Of a stretch of DNA of 64,000 nucleotides, positions 25,545-36,898 are shown one piece after another (position 1 is the stretch's first letter; each line of letters starts with the position of its first letter). The translations under genes and the position numbers were made by a program. Location: contig NC_088796.1 in the NCBI RefSeq assembly GCF_011386835.1, positions 84,506,001 through 84,570,000 on the forward strand, given 5' to 3'. The DNA is from Chrysemys picta bellii (Eukaryota). The notes under the pieces are model-generated. The model had not been told where the DNA came from. It did not search any database and was given only the letters and a program-made list of their open reading frames with translations.

Positions 25545-26672
25545 AGATGATGGGAGGCATTTCTAGACAGGAAAGCTGCAGGGCAGGGAAAAGTGAGGTC
25601 CCTGAACAAAGGGAAGGGAGACTCTCTTTCACCTTGGAACAGGGTGGGGGTGGAACTCTGACTCTGGGCTCCGAGCCACACAGTGCTTTTTGGAACATGA
25701 TGCAGAGAGCGTCTTACTTGATTTATCTTATGCAAAGTGTATGTCTAGGTATGTAACCAAACAATTTCTTTTTTGTTCTTACTCCACTTTCTCTCTGTTT
25801 TTAGTCAATTTTGTCCTCATTAAGAAAATTGCTGCTGTGTGTGGGGAAGGTTCACCCAGTCCATCCTGGTCCTGGACATGAAAAAGCATGCTGCAAACTC
25901 CAGCAAGGGATATGGAAGGAAAAAAGCATTCTGAAACCTAACCTCCCCACTCTCACCTCAGACAACAAGGCACAGGCAAGGGTTTCCACCCTGTGTTGTG
26001 TTGCAAAAGGCAGTGGCAGGCAAATACTTGGGGAGTAGCTAACAATGACCAAGAAAGAGAAAAGTGGTGGTGCTGGTGTAAGGTAATAAAGGTTCCCACA
26101 TTCTCTGTGAGCCAATATAGTGCACCGAGCACTGCTCTCAGTTGCCGGTCATGCTGAAGAAGAGGGCTACTGCATTCTGGACTAACTGAAGCTGTTTTAA
26201 TATTGGAGTAGTGAGTTGGAATAGTCCATCGTGGAGGTGACAAAGGCATGGATTCTTATGGCCTGGTCTATATTAGGTAAAATGGGATGCAGTCTTATTG
26301 CTAGTTTTAGATGGATAAAGACATTTTTGTGGGTATCACTATCTCTGTGTCCAGCACTAGTGAGGAGACCAGGAGGAGTGCCTGAGGCTGCAGACCAATT
26401 TAACAATCTGGAGTCAGGCCATAGGGGTTTCTTTCCTGGTCTTTCTTTCTTTCAAAGTTTCCCCTTTTCCCACCAGCATTCCCTTATCTTGCCCAGGTTC
26501 AGCTTCACCCAGCTGCCTTTTATTTCTCTCAGCCAGACAGCACCATTTCCCAAATATCCTATGTGCATTTAAATAAAGAAGACATGGAGCTGAGTACCAT
26601 GTACATCTTGCTGGCATTTGAGGCCATGACTATCTTTGGGCTCTACGGCAAGTGAGAGACCGGAGCTGCTTA

Positions 26673-26946
26673 GGGCTGGTCTATACTGAAAATTTACGTT
26701 GGAATAGCTCCGCCTCTTCACATCCCTGAGAGACGTAGCTCTGCCAATCTAACCCCTGGCGTAGAGTGTGCTAGGTCCATGGAAGTAATCTTCCATTAAC
26801 CTAGCTACTGCCTCTTGGGGATGTGGATTAACTACAGCAAAGCAGATCCTCTCCCGTCATTGTAATGAGTGTCTACACTGAAGTGCTACAGTGCTGCATC
26901 TCTGCTGCATTCGTGCTGCTGTAATGTTTTAACTGTAGACATACCC
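26673..26946. mobile_element. Harbinger MITE
   Basis: Ends GGGCTGGTCTATACT / ACTGTAGACATACCC; TTA on the left flank. Confidence 0.7.
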
Positions 26947-27045
26947 TTTGATTTGTGAACTCTTTGGAGCAAGAGCTGTCCTTTCTGAATGTTTGGAAAA
27001 TGACCAGTATATAGTAGGCACTAATCTATCACAAATAAAGAATAA

Positions 27046-27341
27046 GGGCTAGTCTACACTGGCAACATTAAAGCGTTGCCATGGCAGCACTTTAACGTGC
27101 CTTGTGTGGTTGTAGCACAGCGCTGGAAGAGAGCTCTCCCGCAGCGCAGCGCTGAGTGCTCTAAATAAACCCCTTCCACGAGGGGTGTAGCTACCAGTGC
27201 TGGGAGCACAGTTCCCAGCGCTGGTGCACTGTCTACACTGGTGCTTTACAGCGCTGAAACTTGCTGCGCTCAGGGGGATGTTTTTTCACGCCCCTGAGTG
27301 AGAAAGTTGCAGCGCTGTAAAGTGCCAGTGTACACAAGCCC
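27046..27341. mobile_element. Harbinger MITE
   Basis: TIRs GGGCTAGTCTACACTGGCA / TGCCAGTGTACACAAGCCC; TAA TSD on both sides. Confidence 0.88.
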
Positions 27342-27836
27342 TAAGACATGAAAGGAGCACAAAACGGGAAGGAGGGACTTACAGACGCAGTGTGGTGTGG
27401 GTAGTGGTACTGTGGAGACTGGGTGCTGGGGACCAATGATGAGTCTCCTTCAGTTCTAGTCATAGAAGAATGGGCATTGGGCAAAGGAAAGACACAGATC
27501 AGTCTTAACTGCTTGCAAGATTTGTGGAGAAGGCAAATATTATAGATCAGGAGGTCAGTTCAGGCTTCCCACTAGCAGGCAACAGCTTAGATCTTCTCCC
27601 TTCAAGGAAAGCAAATGCCTTGACAGGCCTTACAGGACTAGAGGGAGGAAGCAGCTGAATACACTGTAAATAACTTGCTTTTCAAGGCAACCCTGCCTGT
27701 CAAGTTTCTCCCAAAATTTTAAGTCATCTCCATGCGGGATAAAACTAGGTAAAATAATCTGTTGCAACCAGGCTGGAGGAAAGAGATTCTGAGCACAACT
27801 TCATCATATATATGGGTGAGATTCTTGGATAGATTT

Positions 27837-27907
27837 AGTCTCTAAGGTGCCACAAGTACTCCTGTTCTTTTTGCGGATACAGACTAACACGGCTGCTACT
27901 CTGAAAC
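27837..27907 (+). mobile_element. 71-bp extreme 3' stub of a Penelope-like element (family A)
   Basis: Reverse complement of the terminus seen at 49658-49735; 13-bp TSD CTTGGATAGATTT at 27824-27836 and 27908-27920. Confidence 0.88.
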
Positions 27908-29047
27908 CTTGGATAGATTTGTGCCTGGATTGCCATAAAGCAAATGAATTTGTTGCTGCCTGCAGTACTGTTCTGAAAAGGATTGGATGTGGAGAGCCTT
28001 GATTAGCATCTCTAGGTTAGCAGAAAGAGCAGACCAAGGAAAGAAAATGCTGTGAATTACCAGGAATTAGGAACCAGGGAGAGAGCAGTAGGGTCAAGAT
28101 CTAGAGACACCCTACATTTTAAATGTCCAAAACCAGGCACCTAAACTCTAAGTGGTAGGTGAAAGCATCCTTTATAGAAAGCTATCAAAATGAAAGATTT
28201 AATCTAATAACAAATATGTAGATGCTGCTACATGACAGAGAGGAATCTGAATCCTACAAAACAGGAGAAGCAGGATAGAATGTTACAGGAAAAACAGACT
28301 ATTAATCTTTCAGAAGAACAGCAGGATGTCTTGGAATTTGGTAGCCAAGGGACATAACAGCTGGCTAAGTTATGTAGAGACATATTACAACGCCTGTGTA
28401 GATCTAACACTTTCCCACAGTGTAATTTGATGGTTACTACGTTTTCAGTCTTATCTCTTGCACACTTACAGTGGGGACAGATTCACTCCTTTGGGGATGG
28501 GGTACGGGTGCGAAACAGGTGCCCACATGTCATGGTGATAAAAACAAAAATAGAAAAGTTCATCCCTTACACCTGCAAAAGCAGCAACAATGGAGGGGGG
28601 ATTTGCTCTGGAAAGGTAGGCAGCAGTGCAACTGCTATCCTCAACAGTTCTTCTAGAGAAAAACAGCTTTAAATTACTGTTGGGGCAGTACAGGAGCTCC
28701 TCTGCAGGAAACTGCTTAGAAGAGACACTGAATCCTTGCAACTCTCAGCTGATCTGTCCCTGCTCTCTTCTATGGTGGCCATTTCCACTTTTGGGGCAAT
28801 GTTAGTTCCTGAAAGGTGCTGTGCCCCAGCTCCAAGTGGACTTCCTATTTCCAAGGGCCTGCAGCCTAGTGAATCTGGCCCAAGATGTTTGTGAACTTGC
28901 CCTTGTTTCCATTATTGAAAGTAAAAGAAATGATGCAGTCTCCATTTCTGATTTATTGCCAGATAAGATTTTTATAGCTGGGAAAATGAAGTGGGGGAGA
29001 GGGCAGCTCTGCAGGCTAATCCCCATTCCCTTTTTTATCCTGCAACT

Positions 29048-29498
29048 AGCCGTTTAAAAAAAGATTTGGTTGTTCCCCATGTAGGTACTTCCTAGACTGT
29101 AATCAAGTCACTTCTTAACCTTCTCTTTGTTAAACTAAATAGATTGAGCTCTTTGAGTCTATCATTATAAGACATGTTTTCTAATCCTTTAATAATTCCT
29201 GGGGCTCTCTTCTGAACCCTCTCTAATTTATCAACACCTGAGTTGTGCAAGTTGAGCCTAGTTAGCATCAAGAGATGTTTTAACTTTTGTGTCCCCATAC
29301 TTTGCTAATATGTAATTGCTGAAGAAATAAATTCCATCTATGAACATGCAGCCACTTTTTCACCATATCTTTTATAAATACAGAAACCCACCTGCTGTTG
29401 ATATCTGAACTGTTTGTTGTAAGCCTCCTTTTCTTGTTGGAAAGCAATTGTGGCCTGAACTAATTCAGCTTTCTCACTGTAAAGTAAATTGGGGGGAG
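29048..29498. repeat. 451-bp direct duplication, copy 1 (includes a CR1 C-terminal fragment and a coding exon)
   Basis: No differences found by eye versus 33319-33769 (offset 4271). Confidence 0.95.
29392..29476 (-). CDS. Kelch-repeat/coiled-coil protein, coiled-coil exon (85 nt, phase 2-0), probable original copy
   Basis: atttactttacag / gtgggt; (T)EKAELVQATIAFQQEKEAYNKQFRYQQQ; upstream intron keeps a long pyrimidine tract and a TACTAAAC branch-like site. Confidence 0.85.
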
Positions 29499-30046
29499 GG
29501 GAAAATATGTTTAGTAAAAACAAACAAGTCATGAAATTACCAAAAAGGCCTGTTTTCGAAGGATGTTGGTGGCTTCAGTTATTTTAAAAACACAATACGC
29601 CATTTTAAATATAGATTTTAAATGTAAATGGAATTATTTGATCAGGTCTGTGCTGGAATACCAGGTGTTAGAGGTCTGTGGTTTAGGAGGGCACACTTCT
29701 AGAGCAGCCCCTAAACATGCCTAGTTTCCACACAAATTTCCAAGTGGAAATCTGCCCGGGAATTAATGTTGCTCCAAACTTCCTTCCTTCACTCCTTTTA
29801 TCCCCTGGGTGGAGGTATGTGGGGAGACTACAGACGCTGAGGAGGAGAAGCAATAGCAAAAAGAACAGCTCCTTAAGGAATCATACTGCACAGAGTTGAG
29901 GATCCAGGATACTCCAGGGAGGGTCTAGTTTTCCATGCTACAACACAGGATCCAAGGATCGCAGCCTGTTTTCCCTGAGGAACCCTAAGTGAGGCCTCAG
30001 TAGGCCTCATTCAATTGTTGGGTTAGAGACCCCTTTCCCTTGAGGC

Positions 30047-30170
30047 TAGGGTGACCAGATGTCCTGATTTTATAGAGACAGTCCTGATTTTGGGGTCTTT
30101 TTCTTATATAGGCTCCTATTACCCCCCCACCCTCATCCCGATTTTTCACATTTGCTGTCTGGTCACCCTA
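30047..30170. mobile_element. hAT-type MITE (TAGGGTGACCAG family)
   Basis: TIRs TAGGGTGACCAGA / TCTGGTCACCCTA; perfect 8-bp TSD CTTGAGGC. Confidence 0.92.
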
Positions 30171-30458
30171 CTTGAGGCAAAAAGAGAAAGGACATGCCAC
30201 AATGTGAACATGGTGGAGTTTCTAGCAGGATAAGTTTCAAAAATGTGAATTTAGGCATTTTTCCCAGGTCTCATGGCAATATTCTCATGCAGCCTTGTTG
30301 ATGAAGGCCCCAATTCTGCATGTGCTTAACTTTACTACTCTGAATTGCCCTTTATCTTCAGTAGGGCTACTCACGGTACAGTTAAATTAAGCACATGCAT
30401 AAATGTTTTCAGGATTAGGATCTAAAGCCTCAGTTCCGCAATGAACTCTATGCAGGTG

Positions 30459-31368
30459 TGTAGCGAGGCGATGTGGTCCCCCACCGTCTCAGAGAGGGAC
30501 GAGCCCCTCTGGACACCAAAGTGGGCAGAGCCAGTGAGTCCTGCACCCGCCCCCCCAGAGGTCAAAGCGCAGGACAGGAAGTATAAAAGCCCAACCCCAG
30601 AGCTCACTGGAGAAGCAGCCACTGGAGAGGCCAGATGACTGTGACCTAGCTCCCAGTTGGGAGACCCTGGCAACCGGTGGCAGACCCGAAGACTGGCCTG
30701 CCCAACCAATGCCTGACGCTGACCAGAGCCCGGAGGAGCTGCCAAGCCTACCCCTTGCCAGTTACCCTGAAAAACCCATGGTACTTGAACCCCCGGAGGA
30801 CACCGTCCAGACCCAGGTACCTCTAGAGGGAGAGTTAGGAAGTGGCCCTGGGGCAGCCAACTGTAGTCTAGCTGCAGCACTGCCAGAGCCTATGTCAGTG
30901 TGTTGCGGCCAGGATCCCCACTGACACAGCAGCGGGTCCTCTGCCGCTGCTAAGGCCCTGGGCTGGGACGCAGTGGAATGGGAGGGCCATTCTGGGTGGC
31001 AGTCTCCCCTTCTCCCAGGCCCCTCCGAGCCGAGAGCCTGGGCTGGTTGTTTACCTGCCTTTGCTCAGCCCGTGTCTGAGGGCCTGAGCCACTGACTCTC
31101 TGTGGCCCTGCCCCGACCCAAGGCCGGGGCCTGCTAATTATATAAACAGTTGCTCAGCTCCTGCCTGAGGACCTGAGCCCTGGACTCACTATTGCCGCCG
31201 ACCACGGGCCGGGCACGAATAACTGTCTGTGTTCGCCTCTACTGCTGCCACGGCGAGAGACTCCCACGGCCAGGCTAATTCCCCATCAACAACTGGAAGG
31301 AAGTACCGAAGCAGTGTGGTCCCCCGCCGCCCCAGAGAGGAACGAGCCCCGGCCAAACCCCTCATACA
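30459..31368 (+). mobile_element. Solo LTR (Gypsy-like, 910 bp)
   Basis: TGTA...TACA termini; 5-bp TSD AGGTG at 30454-30458 and 31369-31373; TATAAAA box near 30582. Confidence 0.85.
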
Positions 31369-32273
31369 AGGTGGCTCCTCATTAAAATCAGTGAAGCTCC
31401 TCAAACGGGCAAGGATCCATCCACAAAGTCAATTGCAGGATCAAAGCCAGAGGCTTGAACTATAGCAGTCTCTTATAGGTGCTGTGATAGTTACAAATAC
31501 ATCTATATTGTTGATTAAAGTAGAATCTATGCTTTTGCTTGAACTCCCTACAAAACAAAGCAAAATATAAAATAATAATTATATTTTTAATGGTCTCGTT
31601 TGTGTGCGGTAACAAAGTAAGTGTACACACAGCCTATCTAAACTCTTGACATATAGTGAGAAAGATTTAAATTTTTGCAAGAAGAGAGTAATCTTTATGT
31701 ATTTCTAACTATCTGATGAAAGCTTACTATCATAGTTCTGAGAAACTCTGCATTCCAAAATGGAGGCTCTTAATTCCAAAATGAACCAAGAAAACTCTCT
31801 CTCTCAGTTCCAATGCTTTTTCTGTCCTAATTTCTATTTTTCCTAAAAAGATTTTTGAGAATATTAAAATCATTATGAAGTGTAAGCCAATTTTAATGGT
31901 ACAGCATTTTTAAAAACAGATTTGTAGTTTTTAAACATATTTTTAAAGTTACTTTTAACAATATTTTTATTTCTTTCTGTGGCCTTGTTTAGAAAATGGG
32001 ATGTTTAAGATAGCTTTTCTGTAACAATAAATATATAATAGAATCTTGTAAGGGATATATAGAACAGATATCCCTTGAATGATCAATACTTTCTGATTCC
32101 TTCTGGCCCTCAGAAATTAAAAAAAGCTATCCACCTCTGTTTATCACAAAATAGAATCCACCTAAGAAGTAAAGACACTAAGAAAATGGTTCACATCATT
32201 TGAGACACTTTATCTAAGCAAAAAGAAGAACAGGAGGACTTGTGGCACCTTAGAGACTAACAAATTTATTAGA

Positions 32274-32313
32274 GCATAAGCTTTCGTGGACTACAGCCCA
32301 CTTCTTCGGATGC
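32274..32313 (-). ncRNA. Minimal type-I hammerhead ribozyme-like motif in the Penelope terminus
   Basis: GCAT-CCGAAGA-A-GTGGGC(TGTA)GTCCAC-GAA-AGCT-T-ATGC: helix I GCAT/ATGC, 6-bp helix II, palindromic helix III AGCT. U4 is C in this copy. Confidence 0.7.
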
Positions 32314-32508
32314 ATATAGAATGGAACATATATTGAGGAGATATATATACACACATACAGAGAGCATAAACAGGTGGGAGTTGTCTTACCACCTCTGAGA
32401 GGCCAATTAATTAAGAGAAAAAAAACTTTTGAAGTGATAATCAAGCTAGCCTAGTACAGACAGACAGTTAGATAACAAGTGTGAGAATACTAACAAGGGG
32501 AGACAGAT

Positions 32509-33294
32509 TCAATGTCTGTAATGGCTCAGCCATTCCCAGTCCTTATTCAAACCGGAGTTGATTGTGTCTAGTTTGCATATCAATTCTAGCTCAGCAGTTT
32601 CTCGTTGGAGTCTGTTTTTGAAGTTTTTCTGTTGTAATATAGCCACCCGCAGGTCTGTCACTGAATGACCAGACAGGTTAAAGTGTTCTCCCACTGGTTT
32701 TTGAGTATTTTGATTCCTGATGTCAGATTTGTGTCCATTAATTCTTTTGCGTAGAGACTGTCCGGTTTGGCCAATGTACATGGCAGAGGGGCATTGCTGG
32801 CACATGATGGCATATATCACATTGGTAGATGTGCAGGTGAACGAGCCCCTGATGGTATGGCTGATGTGATTAGGTCCTATGATGATGTCACTGGAATAGA
32901 TATGTGGACAGAGTTGACATCGGGGTTTGTTACAAGGATAGGTTCCTGGGTTAGTGGTTTTGTTCAGTGATGTGTGGTTGCTGGTGAGTATTTGCTTTAG
33001 GTTGGGGGGTTGTCTGTAAGCGAGGACAGGTCTGTCTCCCAAGATCTGTGAGAGTAAGGGATCATCTTTCAGGATAGGTTGTAGATCTCTGATGATGCGC
33101 TGGAGAGGTTTTAGTTGGGGGCTGAAGGTGACAGCTAGTGGTGTTCTGTTATTTTCTTTGTTGGGCCTGTCTTGTAGGAGGTGACTTCTGGGTACTCGTC
33201 TGGCTCTGTCAATCTGTTTTTTCACTTCAGCAGGTGGGTATTGTAGTTTTAAGAATGCTTGATAGAGATCTTGTAGGTGCTTGTCTCTATCCCC
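32509..33294 (-). CDS. Penelope ORF C-terminus: RT thumb, CxxxxCxxC linker, GIY-YIG endonuclease (5'-truncated)
   Basis: PCNKPRCQLC..NVIYAIMCQQCPSAMYIGQTGQSLRKRINGH..E..GLN; no stops or frameshifts. Confidence 0.9.
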   Translation of the reverse strand, partial: GDRDKHLQDLYQAFLKLQYPPAEVKKQIDRARRVPRSHLLQDRPNKENNRTPLAVTFSPQLKPLQRIIRDLQPILKDDPLLSQILGDRPVLAYRQPPNLKQILTSNHTSLNKTTNPGTYPCNKPRCQLCPHIYSSDIIIGPNHISHTIRGSFTCTSTNVIYAIMCQQCPSAMYIGQTGQSLRKRINGHKSDIRNQNTQKPVGEHFNLSGHSVTDLRVAILQQKNFKNRLQRETAELELICKLDTINSGLNKDWEWLSHYRH

Positions 33295-33318
33295 TCCCTT
33301 GTCTCTATCCCTATCCCA

Positions 33319-33769
33319 AGCCGTTTAAAAAAAGATTTGGTTGTTCCCCATGTAGGTACTTCCTAGACTGTAATCAAGTCACTTCTTAACCTTCTCTTTG
33401 TTAAACTAAATAGATTGAGCTCTTTGAGTCTATCATTATAAGACATGTTTTCTAATCCTTTAATAATTCCTGGGGCTCTCTTCTGAACCCTCTCTAATTT
33501 ATCAACACCTGAGTTGTGCAAGTTGAGCCTAGTTAGCATCAAGAGATGTTTTAACTTTTGTGTCCCCATACTTTGCTAATATGTAATTGCTGAAGAAATA
33601 AATTCCATCTATGAACATGCAGCCACTTTTTCACCATATCTTTTATAAATACAGAAACCCACCTGCTGTTGATATCTGAACTGTTTGTTGTAAGCCTCCT
33701 TTTCTTGTTGGAAAGCAATTGTGGCCTGAACTAATTCAGCTTTCTCACTGTAAAGTAAATTGGGGGGAG
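33319..33769. repeat. 451-bp direct duplication, copy 2, fused to the Penelope 5' junction
   Basis: Apparently identical to 29048-29498; the right end joins a CR1 fragment. Confidence 0.95.
33663..33747 (-). CDS. Duplicate of the 85-nt coiled-coil exon (usage unknown)
   Basis: Identical exon and splice sites to 29392-29476, but only about 20 nt of native upstream intron retained. Confidence 0.5.
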
Positions 33770-34620
33770 TTCTTTTAAAACTCTTGGATGCAATTTCTCT
33801 GGACCTGCTGATTTTAAAATGTCTGACTTTGGAGGCTTCTCTTTAACATCCTCTAGAGATACTAGTGGGATGGAAAGAGTGTTAGGACCATATAATGAGA
33901 CTGCATCATCTTTTTTTCCTTCAAATACAGAACAAAAATACTTATTGAACACTTTTTCTTTTTTTGCTTTTTATGCATTATTATTGACAGTTCTTTCATT
34001 TCTAGCTAATAATGAACCAATACCATTGTCAGAATTCTTTTTGTTCCTAATATATTTTTAAAACTCCTTATTGTCCTTGTCTGTTGACCATACATTTCTC
34101 CTTGTGTCCCTTGGCTTTCCTTATCAATTTTCTACAATTCCTAACTTCTGACTATCAACTCCCCCTTTCTTCCATTCATTATATATTATTATTTTATTAT
34201 TTTTATAGCTGCCTTCACTTCCCTTCTAAACCAGTTTTTTTTTTTTAATCCGCACAGCCTTCTTCCTCAGTTGTGGGATTGTGGCTTTTTGGGCATCTAG
34301 TAAGGCATTCTTAAAGGATGAACATTATCATGCACATTTTTCTGATTAAATTCTTTCTACCAGCTGAGTCAGCTTAGCCCTATTAAAGCACCATATATAA
34401 AGTCCAGATTCTGTTTGCAGAATTATAAATATGATCAATTCATGGTCACTTTTACACTAAGCTACCAATAACTTTTAGTTCTGTAGTCTTTTCCTCTTTA
34501 CGTTAGGACAAGGCCTAATATAGAATTCCCCCCATGTCGGCTGTAACACTTTTTGAGTTAGGAAACTGTCAGCTATAATGTTTAGAAATTCCAAGGATTA
34601 CTTAAAAGGGGTGGGGAGAA
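33770..34620 (-). mobile_element. Old CR1 ORF2 fragments
   Basis: FNKYFCSVF..KSAGPEKLHPRVLKEL are typical CR1 linker/RT-proximal motifs. Confidence 0.75.
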
Positions 34621-36414
34621 GGAGAAGGGATCCCAATTAATAGTAGGGGCTAATAATGAAGAACAATCCTTGAAATGAATCAAGCTTAAAAAGCCTCCGA
34701 TAAGAAATGGATTAAAAACATTTGTTATATACCGGTGCCATCTACTGGATACCGATGAAAGCATCAGAGAAAATAAGAGCTGAAATCTAAGCACTTACTT
34801 GGCATGTATCAGGAATTCGAGGGTGATCCCTTCCAATTAGTCCTGAAACTAGGGTATATAAACTGAGGTCACCATGTGCTCAAGAGAGTTGACTGAATCC
34901 AACAAGAAGCTTCGGAATCCTAAAAGTGTGACCTAGGTCCAGACCAGACCAGCCTTGTGGAAATGACCCTCCCCATCCCAGGGCTAAAGGGATAAAAAGT
35001 GGTGAGGGGATTTCAATTCAGAGATTGTATTACTCCTATTTCTTTAACATAAAGAACTGTATATTATTTTGCTGAGCCCACACTGTCTAATGGTTTCTCT
35101 CAAGCAACCATATTTTTAATTTTAATTCCTCTATAAACCAAGTGAGACTGAAAACAATAACTTTAAGCAATTGCTTTTAATATTCTAAACTTGTCCTTTT
35201 TGGACCAATCCATTTGTACCATACTACCCACACTCTTCAAAGTGCCTTAAAGACAAGTGTATCCTTGGAAGTGTGATAAATGTGTTGGTACTAAATAACT
35301 GATAAGTAAATGTAGTAAGAAATCTTGGTAATTTGCACTGTTCCTCAAAATAACTGCTGAGCCTCAACTCTACTCTGTAATAATTTTTTTGCAAGACTGT
35401 ATTGTGTGTGTAGTACACACCTAGAATATTGGTTGTGTCTACATTTGAATGGTGAACTGTTGATTGTATACTAATGAGGTTCTGGGTGAATAAATACATT
35501 GTTGGTTGGCTAAGAATAAGCAAGTGTGAAGTGTCCTGATTTAAGGAATACTGTTCAAGTTAAAAATTGACCTGGAAAGAACCCAGCATTAAAACTGGTA
35601 AGCTAACACTCCCTGGATTCAATAAAAATAACTTACCCAACTGGCAAACCTAGTTTGTTAGATTTCAGCTTTAAAATCTAATTGGCACCCTGGCAAATTC
35701 ATAAAAAAATTACCTCTTTTCATGCTTACAATCTAGACATGTCAGAGAAAATAGACAGAAAAGATCTAATTGTTACATTATCTCTAGTCCAGCTCCTTGT
35801 TTGTGCGGGATTGCTTCCTATTGTCCACTCTAAAAATTATATTAAATGTGCCAAACAAACAACTTTTCCCGCCACTTAAGTTGTGTTTATACTAGAATAT
35901 TTTTGCTAAAATGTCCCCACTGTTTCAGCTCCACTGTGTAGCCCATAGAGCTATCCTGGCCTTTATACTAAGTTGTAATGCAAGAAACCTACAGGCCTGT
36001 ATACAGTAAAATATTAGCTTAGGCAGGTTAATTTAAGTATAATCAAATATAGTAGTCCTGTGACCCTTGGCATAGATAAATGGCCTGATAGTTACCCTTA
36101 GATTTTGGGGAATTAGGAATAGCTTGCTCAATAGCAGAAGTTGAAACCTAATGATAGCCGGTAACCGTAGGGACATAAAAGTGATACTGAGCTGGGATAT
36201 TTTAGGATACAATCATTGGCAGATATCTAAACACAAATTTGCTTGAGCAAGAGGTGATGTATAAAATAATGAGTCAAAATGGTATGAATATGTATTAATA
36301 TGTTAACCTATAGGATAAGTGCACCCCAACAGTTTGAGGGTGAGGAAATTAGATTTGGACATGGAAGGCTGAGCATTAGAATGAATATTCATGCTAGTGT
36401 TCAGGCCCTATCAT

Positions 36415-36898
36415 TAGAGCCTTGCGCAGATACAAATTCATACCCGCGGATGCAGATATCTGCAGATATAAATTGGTATCCACGGAACCACAGGGCTCTC
36501 CTGGTAACCGCAGCGGCGAAAGGAACAGAATGTGGGGCTGCCACTCCCAGGAGCCAGCGCCCTGCACCAGCAGCTCCTCCAGCGTGGCTGTACTGCCCCC
36601 AGCGCTGCCCACTGGGGTGGGCACCAAGCTTACCGGCAGCTGTTCCTGGTCACGCTCTTGTGTTCAATCAGCGCGCATCCACCCAGACAGGAGACGCAGA
36701 CAGCTACATGGAAGGAACGGAGGTAGTACAGCCACGCTGGAGGAGCTGCTGGAGTGAGGTGCTGGTTCCTGGGAGCGGCGGCCCCACGTTCTGCTCCTTT
36801 CACTGCTGTGGTTCTTGGGAGAGCCCTGCAGTTCCACCGATTTATATCCGTGGATATCCGCATCTGAGGGTATAAACTTGTATCCGCGCAGGGCTCTA
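36415..36898. mobile_element. hAT-type MITE with long imperfect TIRs
   Basis: About 90-bp inverted ends (TAGAGCC..GCGCAGATACAA / TTGTATCCGCGCAGGGCTCTA); TSD CCTATCAT / CCTATAAT. Confidence 0.88.

Larger units (their letters stand above)
32217..33294 (-). mobile_element. Young 5'-truncated Penelope-like element (Neptune-type)
   Basis: Uninterrupted ORF to a stop at 32509 with a Cys-rich linker and GIY-YIG domain, followed by the 3' terminal repeat with hammerhead-like motif and AATAAA. Confidence 0.93.

Noticed and set aside
33226-33662. Possible kelch-GIY-YIG fusion by splicing from twin 2 into the Penelope ORF
   Set aside because: AGs with some pyrimidine context are out of frame, and the in-frame AG lacks a pyrimidine tract.
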